In this document: positions 1 to 12,379 of the stretch, piece by piece
How the letters are laid out: the number at the start of each line of letters is the position of its first letter
How positions within the stretch are numbered: position 1 is the first letter of the stretch
Assembly (NCBI RefSeq): GCF_001194135.2
Contig: NC_068996.1
Coordinates: 35,070,808 to 35,111,682 of the forward strand
Source: Octopus bimaculoides
Lineage: Eukaryota
Direction: 5' to 3'
Length of the DNA stretch: 40,875 nucleotides
Notes under the pieces: model-generated
Told to the model about the DNA's origin: nothing
Seen by the model: only the letters and a program-made list of their open reading frames with translations
The model's database searches: none
Position numbers and translations under genes: made by a program

Positions 1-326
1 TACATGCATGCATAGATATATATACATATTTAAGCATAGATATATATACATATACACGCATAGATATATATACATATACACGCATAGATATATACATACA
101 TACATATATACATGCATACATGTATATACATGCATACATACATATATATACACGCATACATATACATATATATGCATACATATATATACATATACATATA
201 TATGCATACATATATATACATATACATATATATACATATACATATATATACATACATATATATACATATACATATATATACATATACATATATAAGCACA
301 TATATGCATATACATATATATATGCA

Positions 327-400
<74 letters not shown>
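1..400. repeat. Compound (TA)n/(TATACA)n/(CA)n microsatellite
   Basis: Direct reading; explains the YI/HI-rich ORFs at 8-540. Confidence 0.97.
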
Positions 401-917
401 TGAATATTAGATATATGCATACATATATGCATATTTATATATATGCATGCATATATACATGCATATACATACATACGCGTGTGTACTATTGTATTAGTCA
501 AAATCAGTTAATAAATAAAATACAAAATGCATTTATATAAATTTTTAATTCTAAATATTAGCATTCATTTAAAATTAATTATCAAAACAATAGTTAATAA
601 TCGGTTTATTAACCTAATGCTGCATATAAAGAACTTGCAGATATTGAAATAGTCTTTTAGAAACTAAAGCTATAAGTAGATGGTTATTTGGAAAACATTG
701 AAATTATTATTAATATTATTATTATCATCTTTGCAAATATTGAAGTATTAGCAACAGCAAGCCTTGTGCATTTGTATGTGAGGGTGTGTTTCAAAGTAAA
801 ATCATGTGGGGGAAAAGAAATGTAATTTAAAATATCCTAGAGTATTGGTTAATTATTCCACCAAAGAATGGAGAAAAATATTCCCAAAGAATTACAAATG
901 ATTTTATTTTTACTTAC

Positions 918-1005
918 TGCTCTGTATGGTGAAGGTTTTGTTTAATACATTTTTGTCATTTGTCCATGTGGTGGGGTTTTTGGTATTCATGCTCTTTGAT
1001 GTGGG
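918..1005 (-). CDS. Candidate internal exon, 88 nt, phase 0->1, PTSKSMNTKNPTTWTNDKNVLNKTFTIQS; protein unidentified
   Basis: Minus strand: ttttgtatttcag|CCCACA...CAGAGCA|gtaagt. Only the phase-0 frame is open. Confidence 0.6.
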
Positions 1006-1140
1006 CTGAAATACAAAATGGCATTATTAGACATATGGAAAAGATCAATATTTTCATATTGAATGAACAACAAAACAATAATAAATAGAACTGAAATTCA
1101 CTGCATGCATAATTTTTAATAATTCTGATCTGTTCAGTAC

Positions 1141-1160
1141 CTCTTTCGGAAGCAGACATC
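1141..1160 (-). CDS. Candidate 20-nt microexon, phase 1->0, (G)CLLPKE
   Basis: ccactccatttcacaagatatccag|GATGTCTGCTTCCGAAAGAG|gtactg. The donor is weak; support is mainly that it bridges the phases of the flanking candidates. Confidence 0.35.
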
Positions 1161-1489
1161 CTGGATATCTTGTGAAATGGAGTGGAAACATGACAACTTA
1201 GTCTTACTCAACAATATCAATATATTGTAAAGTGGAGTGGAGACTTAACTTAGTCTTACTCAATAATAGCAAAGCAAAGATATCTCTACAAAACACCACC
1301 ATTCCTAAATATGTATCAGAACATAGTTGAAGTCATAATGCTTATATAATAATTAGGTTGTATCATAAGTAATGTCATAACACACTGTAATTGTTACATT
1401 ATAGTGTAAGTAATGTCATAAACATTTTATAATTACTGTTTCATAACTAAAGAAATTACTAAAGACTTCCATCAACAAGGATGCTCCTT

Positions 1490-1640
1490 TATGGTCATTT
1501 AGCAGCCAGATCTTCTCCAAATACATATATTCATCTTAAAAAAAGGAAGTGCAATTCATGATAGGATGGTCAGAACAAGAATGCTTTTGGTTATAAGTTT
1601 GCTCAGTTGGGGCTGGCCTGAGATAAACAACAGCGACAAC
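1490..1640 (+). mobile_element. Decayed dispersed repeat, unclassified; related copies at ~19400-19590, ~20950-21205 (-) and ~35350-35500
   Basis: Shared motifs such as gaaatagcagccaaatc and gggctaaacaacaac across copies in this window. Confidence 0.55.
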
Positions 1641-1836
1641 TAAAATTTTCAAGGCTCAGTAAAACTATAAAACATTGTTTATAAACCACAGCACATCAGC
1701 AAATAAACTTCATTCTATCTGTATATAAGTCCTGAACCAGCAATTCATTTAATTTCAAAGTGATCCAAGTACATGGTATTGATAAGTCACAATCAGAATC
1801 TACTATTTTTGATCACTTTGGGGTGAGTTGTCTCAC

Positions 1837-1903
1837 CTGGTCTAGGACATTTGGTGTTCTTTAACACTTGGCATTGTGTAGAAAGCTTTCCCAGGATGCT
1901 GTC
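1837..1903 (-). CDS. Candidate internal exon, 67 nt, phase 0->1, DSILGKLSTQCQVLKNTKCPRP
   Basis: ccctttttctgtag|GACAGC...AGACCAG|gtgaga. Strong sites on both sides; the other two frames contain stops. Confidence 0.62.
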
Positions 1904-2579
1904 CTACAGAAAAAGGGCATTTAAACAAAATACACTATGTGCAATCAATAATATATGTACATAAAACTATAGTTATTTAACTATATATCACTTTATTTAT
2001 ACAATTATATATATATCACTACATATATAAATTTAATACCATTTTATATATATTGAAGAGTTAGAACTAAAAATATAAAAAATTGTAAACAATACTAAAC
2101 AAACTGATTTGGCATATTTCTGTCAGGATTGCAGAAATATAAAATACAACCAGGGCCAGAAATGCAATAGCTATGAGGAGATGAGTCATAACAGCAACTT
2201 GAAGTGCTCTTGCAGAATTAGCTTTCCCTTACAGCATACATAGGCATCTTTATTTACTGAATTAATGTTTAAAAAAAAACTGACTATGACGAAGCAATGA
2301 TTCAGAATATTGTCTGGTGGTCATTATTATATGATGGATGAGGAAAGGCTGAGTTTGAAGAGATTAGGATTTTCATTTAAGGTTGTGAATCAATCAATGT
2401 AACTATGGAAACAGGGAACAAATGGTGACTAAAATTATAGCAGTAGTTTATTAGCATTTTGTCTTCAGGAACCTACATTCATAATTATAGAAATAGATAA
2501 GGGGCGGAGAGGAAATAAGAGAAATTGTAAGACCCATCAACTACTAATTTTTATTTTTTACTTTACAATGGTGTTGCAA

Positions 2580-2935
2580 AATTCATGTGGTGCTAAAGAA
2601 GTTTCTCAATCAAGTGGTCTTGGGTTCAATCCCACTGCATGGCACCTTGAGCAAGAGTCTTTTACTATATCACAAGGCCTTGCGAGTGGATTTAGCAGAC
2701 AGAAACTGAAAGAAGCCCAATGTGTGTGTGTGTACGTGCATGTGCATGCCCTTGTCTAGACATTACAAGATGGTAATATATGCAAGGTTGTTCATTTGCA
2801 GTATTCCATGAAGAAAATGTCTACCTATGGCAAAAATATTACCTTACTTGGAAATAGGTGATGACAGGAAGAGCATCCAACCATAAAAACATGTGCCTCA
2901 ACAAAATCTATCGTGGAAAATGAACATTAAATAAT
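2580..2935 (+). mobile_element. tRNA-headed CORE-like SINE (OR2-like) with tail type A
   Basis: B-box-like gggttcaatccc, core ggcaccttgagcaagagtctt, (TG)n linker, then tail ...aatattaccttacttggaaatagg...ggaagagcatcc. The family name is inference. Confidence 0.75.
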
Positions 2936-3185
2936 GATAATAATGCATGCATGCATTCATACACATATATTAATATGTGATTATAAAATGTAAGGATCTA
3001 AGTGTAGGAAGTTTGTAAGCTTCAAGCAGTCTGTGGTAACAACATTCAGGAACAACAATAATTCGTTGGTGAAGGTTGTGGGATTTTCCTATATAGAAGA
3101 TCAATTATCCCCCACAAATTTTTCTTTATAGCCCACAGTTAGTAACTTAAGTTGTTATGAATGCAAATAAATATATATATATATA

Positions 3186-3428
3186 TCGTTCGTTTAACGT
3201 CCGCTTTCCATGCTAGCATGGGTTGGATGATTTGACTGAGGACTGGTGAAACCGGATGGCAACACCAGGCTCCAATCTGATTTGGCAGAGTTTCTACAGC
3301 TGGATGCCCTTCCTAACACCAACCACTCAGAGAGTGAAGTGGGTGCTTTTACGTGTCACCTGCACAAAGGCCAGTCAGGCGGTACTGGCAACGGCCACGC
3401 TCAAAATGGTGTATTTTATGTGCCACCC
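3186..3428 (-). mobile_element. 3' UTR of a young RTE LINE family, running into a gap
   Basis: Reverse complement of the tail at 13234-13489 and 22257-22484. Confidence 0.9.
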
Positions 3429-3784
3429 NNNNNNNNNNNNNNNNNNNNNNNNNNNNNNNNNNNNNNNNNNNNNNNNNNNNNNNNNNNNNNNNNNNNNNNN
3501 NNNNNNNNNNNNNNNNNNNNNNNNNNNNNNNNNNNNNNNNNNNNNNNNNNNNNNNNNNNNNNNNNNNNNNNNNNNNNNNNNNNNNNNNNNNNNNNNNNNN
3601 NNNNNNNNNNNNNNNNNNNNNNNNNNNNNNNNNNNNNNNNNNNNNNNNNNNNNNNNNNNNNNNNNNNNNNNNNNNNNNNNNNNNNNNNNNNNNNNNNNNN
3701 NNNNNNNNNNNNNNNNNNNNNNNNNNNNNNNNNNNNNNNNNNNNNNNNNNNNNNNNNNNNNNNNNNNNNNNNNNNNNNNNNNNN
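3429..3784. other. Assembly gap (other N-runs: 6529-6763, 12806-13234, 16985-17703, 22121-22256, 26769-27010, 34529-34717)
   Basis: N runs. Confidence 1.
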
Positions 3785-3891
3785 ATCAGGTAAATGTACA
3801 TACCATTGAACTGTACTATTAATTTTTATAACTCACATTGTCTTGACTTAAAAACATTTAAAACACACAAGGTCTATTTTTATTCCAAGTT

Positions 3892-3937
<46 letters not shown>

Positions 3938-3959
3938 CTATTTAATATTAAACAGAAAG

Positions 3960-4960
3960 ATTACTCAGTACTTTTTAGCTCCCTTTGTGCTCCCAGTTAC
4001 TTACTCTTCTCTCAACATCCATTCCTCAATCTCAGTACTTTACCAACTGCTCCTTTCTTTGCCTCCAGTTATCTCTCCGGCTCTTCTAAGCTATAACTTT
4101 GAACTGCCATCTCTCATCTTCAACACCTTCTCTTATCTACTATCATTCTCATCAGCCTCATATCTGCTGTCAGCAGCTTTGCACCCAAACCTTTGTCCCC
4201 CACTCACGATAGCCACCCCTACATACTTCTAATATTCTTCTGTCACTGTACATCCCTAACACACTCCACTTTTCTACCCTGCACATAATTTTTCTCCTGA
4301 TCGACCTACAGTTTTATATGTTGCTACTCTCCTCACTTCCTCTAACTGCCACTTAACATCTTCTTCCTAAGTCACTCCTATTCTTTAACCTTCCTCCTCT
4401 CAGACTGATATTTACCATTGATCACACTCCATCCATGTTCCACCCACTACATTTACTTCTACTGCCATTTATCTGTCACTCTCCTTTTCAACACTAATGA
4501 ACTTATCCACCCTCACTCTCCCATACTCAGGTCATATTCACTCTTATACTTTACCTTGTATCGTGAGAAGATTCTTTGACACTTCATCACCACCATCACG
4601 GTTTTCTACCACCATATACTTTTATATAATACATGTATCTCTTCTATAATATGACACCTATGCCTGTATCCCTATCACACCTCATGCCTCGCAACACTTA
4701 GTATAATGCTACCTCCCTCTCTACTAAAACTTCATTCAGTTCTTTTCTTTGTCTTCTGAGCTACATAGTGACTTCACTTGTGCTGGTGTCATGAAAAAAA
4801 GGGACTCAGTACACTCTGTAATGTGGCTGGCATTAGGAAGGGCATTCAGTTGTAGAAACCATATCAAAACAGACAATGAAGCTCAATGCGGTCCTCTGGT
4901 TTGTTGAACTCTATCAAACCATCCAACCATTGAAAATGGATATTAAATTAAGATGATGCA
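3960..4960 (+). mobile_element. Long C/T-rich unclassified repeat ending in an RTE-like tail
   Basis: Strong strand asymmetry; tail ggaagggcattcagttgtagaaacc...gatgatg at ~4835-4960; homologous stretch at ~38860-39330. Confidence 0.55.
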
Positions 4961-4970
4961 TGTGTGTGAG

Positions 4971-5014
<44 letters not shown>

Positions 5015-6269
5015 AGGTCATCTTGTTAACAAACAGATGCACCAAGTGAGTTGGAATTCTAAAGAAAATAAAAGAATTCTTGAACATAAGATGGCTCTGA
5101 AGGCATCTCACAAAATCAGGTAAATAACTTTTCAAGATAGAAAAAAATAAGTGGCTACCAAGCCTCTACTGAAAATTGAGCCCTATAATTCTCAAATTCC
5201 AGCTATGAGAGAGAGAGAGAGAGAGAGATGTGGGTGTGAATATGTGATTAAGAAGTTTGTGTCACAGTTACACACTTTGGTTTGGTTCCACTATGCAGAT
5301 AAATAATGAGGATTTGAGCTCAGAATATAAAATGATATTAACAAAAGAGCACAAAATATTGTCTACCAATTCTCTCATTTGTTGCCATTAAAATTATTTA
5401 GAAAACATCAAAAAACCCAGACCAACTCCTCTCATACACACTCAACTGTGGCTATAATTGTACCAAATATTACAGCACTTTGTAAACTCAAAGATAAACA
5501 AAATTGGCACTACGTGTATTTGAACTCTGAATGTAGACATACAAAACTATCCTTCTACCGATAATTTACTTTGTTCTTACAACTCAACCGTTTCTGAATA
5601 ATAATAATAATATCAAGGAAAGACTACTTGGTAAACTTACTTATGAAGTATTCTCCCTTACACCTTATTAGCAACTATGACTAAGCTAAGAAATAAAAAT
5701 CTATTTTAACGAATAACATGTTTAACACTTTGCCTGCCATAGGAATCACTGGTGACTACCAATGGTGATGTTTTTCTTTTTTCGGAGCCTCACATTATTG
5801 CGATTCAAATTACATTATTTGAATTTTCGGAAATATCAGAAGACGTTTCTTTGTATTTCTTGGATGGTTTTTCAATTTGAATAAATAGTTGTGGACACAC
5901 GAAATTCATCAGAAGATGAGAGATCAGGTTCTTGATATTAGAAGGCTGCAAACCACTGTCTCCATGACTGGAGTGCTGCTTTCCATAAAATATATTTTAT
6001 AAAAGAAAAGCCATCAAAGTTTATACAGTATAATATAACCAGAAATATTATCTGTAGAAAACAAATCATAAGTAAATGAACCATACCAAAACAATATCCA
6101 TCAATAGTGGCAGTAATGGACATTTTAACACCTTTTAACATGTTTATCACTAGCAACTCTCATAGTACAGAATGAATATATATTTTTTTTTGTGCTGCAG
6201 GAGTCACTGGTGGTACTTATGTTACAAATCACTGTGGTAGTTCATATAGTGAACTAGAACATACCTTTT

Positions 6270-6480
6270 ATCTTTAGTGCTTGTTTCAGTCATTAGATGG
6301 TAGCCATGCTGGGGCATCATCTGGAGGAATTTTAGTTGAACCAATCAACTCCAATATCTATTTTCTTATTAAGCCTGGTACTTTATTCTATTAGTCTTCT
6401 TGTTGAACTGCTAGGTAACAGGGACATAAACACACCAACACTGGTTGTCAAGTGGTGGTGGACAAACACACACACACGTA
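6270..6480 (-). mobile_element. SINE tail type B fragment
   Basis: Matches the reverse complement of 10330-10537. Confidence 0.8.
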
Positions 6481-6482
6481 CG

Positions 6483-6513
<31 letters not shown>

Positions 6514-7204
6514 AATATATAAGTATATNNNNNNNNNNNNNNNNNNNNNNNNNNNNNNNNNNNNNNNNNNNNNNNNNNNNNNNNNNNNNNNNNNNNNNNN
6601 NNNNNNNNNNNNNNNNNNNNNNNNNNNNNNNNNNNNNNNNNNNNNNNNNNNNNNNNNNNNNNNNNNNNNNNNNNNNNNNNNNNNNNNNNNNNNNNNNNNN
6701 NNNNNNNNNNNNNNNNNNNNNNNNNNNNNNNNNNNNNNNNNNNNNNNNNNNNNNNNNNNNNNNTCCACTTGAGTGAAAACAAATTTTATAGTTTTATAGT
6801 GCACCTGAGCATTGTATAAAACGCTTAGAGGAATTTTTTCTAACTCTACATTCTGAGTTCAAATACTGCTGGGGTTAACTTTTGCCAGATGCAAGCTAAA
6901 TTGCTGTCTATGGCTAGCTTGCATCTGACCTTGTTTAGGTACATAGTATTGACAAACCACGAAAACGATTAAACACCGATGTCTATTGTTCCTGAATGAG
7001 ACCCAATTCAAGTCATCTCCCATCTATGACTTCCAGACGTTTTAACACCGAGTGCATAGATGAGAATGCATTCTCTTACACTTATAAGAGCAGCCTACCC
7101 ACAAACTAGCAAAACACATACCTTGTGTATGTGTATTCAATATTGTTTATATTTCTCAAGCTGCTTCTAATTCATATTTGAATATATATATATATGTATA
7201 TAAT

Positions 7205-7693
7205 CATCATCATTTAGCGTCCTCTTTCCATGCTGGCATGGGTTGGATGGTTTAACATGGAACTGGCTAGCAGGGAGCTGTCCAGACTGTTTGTTTTGGT
7301 ATGGTTCCTATGGCTGGATGCCCTTCCTAATGCCAACCACTTAACAGTGTGGTGTGTGCTTTTTATGTGCCACCAGCAGAGGTGTATTTACATGGCACCA
7401 GCACAAGTGCATTGATGTAGCACTGGCATGGGTGCCTTTTATGTGGCACCAGCACCTGAAGGGACAAACCTGTATGTGCAGAAGATAGCAATTTTACTTA
7501 GTTTGACATGTCTTACCAAGTACAACAAATCAGCACGTCATTTCCTCAATGAAGCCCAGCATCTAAAAGTCCTTTCTCACCACTTCATCCTACATCTTCC
7601 TGGGTCTACCCCTTCCACAGTACTCTCCACAATTAGAGCTCGACACTCCTTTATGCAGCTGTCCTTGTCCATATGCATTTTTATGCAGCTATC

Positions 7694-7700
<7 letters not shown>
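7205..7700 (-). mobile_element. Old 5'-truncated RTE LINE (ORF C-terminus remnant plus 3' UTR)
   Basis: Reverse strand reads ...gtggaaggggtagacccaggaagatg... (GRGRPRK-like), followed by the tail. Confidence 0.8.
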
Positions 7701-7730
<30 letters not shown>

Positions 7731-8092
7731 CAGAGTAAGCACATAAATGTGAAACAAGGTGTTAAAAATAGTGCTTAAATACCAGAGGTAGAGTAATATG
7801 CTTTATTAATAAAGCTGCAAAGGCATCACAAAAACTGTTACTCAGAGTTTCATTTTCTCGTTTGTCGGTCAGTTTTGGTTGAGAATATACACGCACACTC
7901 ATTTGCATGTACGTGTGTAGATATATGCATGTATTCTTAGTACTCTTAGATTCTTTGATGGAATTCTTTATTGCCCTTATGTCAACATAATAATGTTATA
8001 TAAATAGAAAGTTTATAGATATACATAAATTAATTTCTAAATTACAATTTAAAATGTTTAAGTCAGAATTTCTTCTTCTTATTATTATTATA

Positions 8093-8510
8093 GGTGGCGA
8101 GCTGGCGGAAACATTAGCATGCTGAGCAAAATGCTTAGCGGTATTTCATCTGTTTTTACGTTCTGAGTTCAAATTCCGCCGAGGTTGACTTTGCCTTTCA
8201 TCCTTTCAGCGTTGATAAATTAAGTACCAGTTGCATACTGGTATCAATCTAATCCCCCCAAATTTCAGGCCTGGTGCCTCGAGTAGAAAAGATTGTTATT
8301 ATTATCATTATTATGGTGAGATGGTAGAATTGTTAGCACACTGGACAAAATGCTTCGAGCTTTATATTCTGAGTTCAAATTCTACTGAGGTCAACTTAGC
8401 CATTTAGTGCTCTGGAGTCATTAAAATATGCACCAGTTGAGCACAGGGCTCAATATCAACTTCCCCTCCTCCTCAAATTTACTGATCTTGAGCCAAAATA
8501 AGAAAAGGTG
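8093..8510 (+). mobile_element. Two tandem tRNA-headed SINEs with Deu/Nin-like domain and (ATT)n tails
   Basis: ggtggcgagctggcggaa...gagttcaaattcc...gcctttcatcctttc...gataaattaagtacc. The domain name is inference. Confidence 0.8.
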
Positions 8511-8689
8511 CTACTTATTATTCTTATTACATAACCTTTTTTTATGTCTGTAAAAAAATTATACATGTCTTAAGGGCATGCCTGTGTGCTTCTATGTGAG
8601 TAGACACGAAAAATAAATATAGGATGACAGACCATAAACATAAGCCAACACACAGGTAGACACACCTGTGTCCTTGTGTGTGTGAGTTG

Positions 8690-9230
8690 CTCTTCCCTCT
8701 GGCTAGGTAACTAAATATCCCCTTTACAGCAGTACACCTGTTTCTGTCCACTTTCTTGTTAACCCTCTCTCTAGCCAGGTAACCATGTACCTCCTCTATA
8801 GTAAGACACCTGTTTCTGCTTCTCTGTCTCTGTTACACTCTAGCCTTTCATCATCTGACACAAGATCCCCTCCTCCAATGCTACATCCCCTCTCAAAGGA
8901 TCTTTATTTTGCAAGTTGCTTGGTGACCCTGCCAGTGCTGGTGGCACATATAAGCATCCAGTCCACACTGTAAAATGGTTGACATTTGGAAGGGCATCCA
9001 GCAGTAAAAACCATGCCAAAACTGACCTCACCTGTGCTGATGCCACATAAAAAGCACTGAGTCCACTCTATGGTGTGGTTAGTACTAGTGGGGGGGGGGG
9101 CATCCAGCTGTAAAAACCATGCCAAAACAAATACAGTAGCCTGGTGTAGTCTTCTGCTTGGCCGGTTCCTGTCATACCGTTCAACCCATGCCAGCATTGA
9201 AGATGGACATTAAACGATGATGATGATATA
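8690..9230 (+). mobile_element. C/T-rich repeat with ~75-bp internal duplication and doubled RTE-like tail
   Basis: Two gggcatccagc.gtaaaaaccatgccaaaac motifs (~8991, ~9099) and a terminal (GAT)n. Confidence 0.7.
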
Positions 9231-9778
9231 TAAGCATTCATTCTGTAACTCACTACCAGATACCATTATTTAAAATTAATTAAATATCTCTTATTGGCAC
9301 CCCCACCCACTATCTTTTTTGTCTCTTTGAGAAGGAATAAAGAAAAATACACACACAAAGACCATAAAACAGTAAACACAAAGAAACTAATTTGAATAAT
9401 GCCCATGAAATAGTAAGAATTACGCCTGAATTTGGCAAGATCTAAATAGAAATTGCAACAGGAAACAATTGGGGAAGTAAATAAGAGTGCTTTCAGTAAG
9501 AATAGCAGAGTGTATGACATATTGTTGAGGTCAATTATACTGTAAGGAGGTTTATATAACTAAGGATGTTGTTGCTTTTATTGCTGTTCATGTCAGTTCT
9601 GATTGAAGAGTCATTGTGTGCGTGTGTGTGTATGTGTGTAGATGGGCGACTGTTTTTCTTTCACACAAACAACTAGACATGGTGAAACAAGGAGGACGGG
9701 CGCAATGAGAACTCAATAATGGAATAAATTAGAGGTTTCTAGCTTATGGAGGTTTTGTTACATAACAAAGCATCAAGT

Positions 9779-9823
9779 AGATTTGGTAGATGGAAGCTTA
9801 ATAAAGCCTGTCATACACACACA

Positions 9824-9858
<35 letters not shown>

Positions 9859-10105
9859 ATGTATTTCTGCATATGTGTGTTTGTGTATCTTTGTTTTGAC
9901 ATTTTGTGATTGTCATAAATGTGTGTCACTGTCATACAAGTTTCCATTCATTTCCGCTGCCTTGCATAGACATACCTGGCAATGAGGAAATATTACCCTG
10001 CTTGGAAATAGGTAAGGGTTGGCAACCTGAAGGACATTTGGCAGTAGAAACCTGCCTCAATGAACTCCACCTGAAGCATGCAAACATTGGGAAAGTGGTT
10101 ATTGA
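9779..10105 (+). mobile_element. 5'-truncated CORE-like SINE with tail A
   Basis: atttggtagatggaagc-(TG)n-...ggaaatattaccctgcttggaaatagg. Confidence 0.75.
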
Positions 10106-10134
10106 AACAATAATGTACACACACATATAGCATA

Positions 10135-10537
10135 TGTGTGGCTGCATGGTAAGAAGCGTGCTTCCCAACCACATGGTTCTGGGTTCAGTCCACTGCATGA
10201 CACCTTAGGCAGGTGTCTTCTACTAGAGCCTTTGGCCAGCAAAAGCCTTGTGAATGATTTGGTAGATGGAAACTGAAAGAAGCCATAGTATATATGTATA
10301 TATATATATATATATATGGGTGTGTATGTGCCTTTTGTCTTCCACCACTGCTTAACAACTGGTGTTGGTGAGTTTATGTCCTTGTAACTTAGTGGTTCAG
10401 CAAAAGATACCAATAGAATAAGTACTAAGCTAAAGAAAAAAGTACTGGGGGGTTGATTCATTCGGCTAAAAATTCTTCAAGGCATTACCCCTGCATGGCC
10501 ATGGACTAATAACTGAAACAAGTAAAAGATAAAAGAC
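10135..10537 (+). mobile_element. Full CORE-like SINE with tail B
   Basis: Head tggtaagaagcgtgcttcccaaccacatggttctgggttcagtcc; tail ends actgaaacaagtaaaagataaaag. Confidence 0.85.
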
Positions 10538-10609
10538 ATGCACACACACAATGAATAGAGAGAAAGAGAGAAGTAAGGATAGAGTGAAGCAACAAAAGGA
10601 CAGATGGAG

Positions 10610-10655
<46 letters not shown>

Positions 10656-11474
10656 GAATAAGTGATATTATAATTATTTACCAAAATTTCACCAACCCAT
10701 TACTTCTACAACTACAACAAGAGTGGTAACAACACGAACCAATCAAAGTAATAAACTGACAAGTTATATCACATGAGCAATGGTGTGATAATGACAACAT
10801 CAACTCATATTAATATTATCTTAATATATACACGTATGTGTGTGTATGTTTGTACATATACACATCTATCTAATCTGTCTATCCACACACACACACACAC
10901 ACACACACAGAGGTATTGTGGTGGAAACAGGAAAAATAGGCCTCAAAATATGAGTATATGTTTATTTCTATTAATATTTAGCAGATGCAACAAGAGTGAC
11001 TCAAAGGCTGAGAGTTTTGTGCGTTAGCACTTAAACTAATTACAGGTTAAAGAGTGATAACTAGTTTGATAAGACCTATAACTAGTTTGATAAGTGCCAA
11101 CGCAAGAAACTCTCAGCCCTTAAGTCACTCTGTTACTTCTGTTAAATATTAATATACACTAATAAACACACACAAATAAATGTATATATGTCTACATGCA
11201 TTATATGTATGTGCATGGAAAGAGGAACATTATATTTTAAGATGGTTATAGGCAGTACATTTTTCTGATGATTTCCCAAGAAATATTTTTCCCTTGGTCA
11301 CTTGTATGTTTCTTTTACCAAAGCTAGAATCAGCTGAAATTTATTCCTTTTAGTTTTTATCAGAAAAACTAAAAATTTTTGCATATTTTCAAGCATAGCA
11401 ATAGCCAATGGGAAAAGTTATTAATTACAATATAGTTAGTTGAAGGTGATTATCACTATCTTTTTAAGATGTAC

Positions 11475-12280
11475 TTTTCCAAGCTTGCATGGGTTAGATG
11501 GAAATTGCTGAGGCAGGTTTTCTAGAACTGAATACCCTTTCTATCACCAAACCTCTCCTGTTTCCAAGTAAGGTAGTATTTCCCATAGCCAAACATGCTT
11601 TCATAGAAGATTAAAAACGAAGGACACTAATTGCATCAGACATACTTGCTCGCAACTGTCATGCAATGTTAAAGTGTGGAGACAGTAATACATACGCACA
11701 TAGACATGATAGGCTTCTTTCAGTTTCCACCTACCAAATCCACTCACAGAGTTTTCATTGGCCTGGGACTATAGCAGAAGACACATGCTTAAGGTGACTT
11801 GCATTGAGATTGAACTCAAAACCATGTCATTAGGTAACAAACTTTTTACCAAAAGACAATGCCTGCACCTAGTTTTTCCTATATATATATTTTTATTCTT
11901 TTACTTGTTCCAGTCAATTTACTGAGGCCACGCTGGAGCACCGCCTTCAAGGGTTTTAGACGAACAAACTGATCTCATGACATTTTTTAAGCCTACTATT
12001 TATTCTATCAGTCTCTTTTGCTAGACTGCTAAGTTATGGGGACACAAACACACACCAACACTGGTTATCAAGTAGTGATGGAGGGACAAACACACACATA
12101 GATACATACATATATACAATGGGCTTCTTTCAGTTTCCATTTACCAAATCCACTCAAAAGGCTTTGGTTGGCCCAAGGCTATAGCAGAAGATACTTGCCC
12201 AAGGTGTCACACAGTGGAACTGAACATGGAACCATATGGTTGAGAAGCAAGCTTCTTACCACACAGCTACACCTGCACCT
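11475..12280 (-). mobile_element. Two adjacent CORE-like SINEs (11475-11870 tail A; 11890-12280 tail B)
   Basis: Reverse complements of the copies above. Confidence 0.8.
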
Positions 12281-12379
12281 ATATATGTATTTTTTTTAAA
12301 ATATACATTTATTGATTTATGAAATATGAGATTTTTCTTGGGTTGTATAGATTCCTAGGGCCAATTTTTAGGTTTCTGT

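Noticed and set aside
8-540. YI/HI/VC-rich ORFs here and throughout the window
   Set aside because: They are translations of TA/CA/TG microsatellites.
956-1159. Signal-peptide-like MKILIFSICLIMPFCISA-HIKEHEYQKPHHMDK
   Set aside because: The hydrophobic part is the T-rich intron and acceptor of the 1005-918 exon; the rest is that exon read out of frame.
3246-3822. Long ORFs spanning N-runs (also at 6.3, 12.6, 16.9, 22, 26.5 and 34.4 kb)
   Set aside because: Their length comes from X residues in gaps.
9424-9441. 18-nt minus-strand microexon candidate (ILPNSG)
   Set aside because: Weak donor GC|gtaatt and too short to distinguish from chance.
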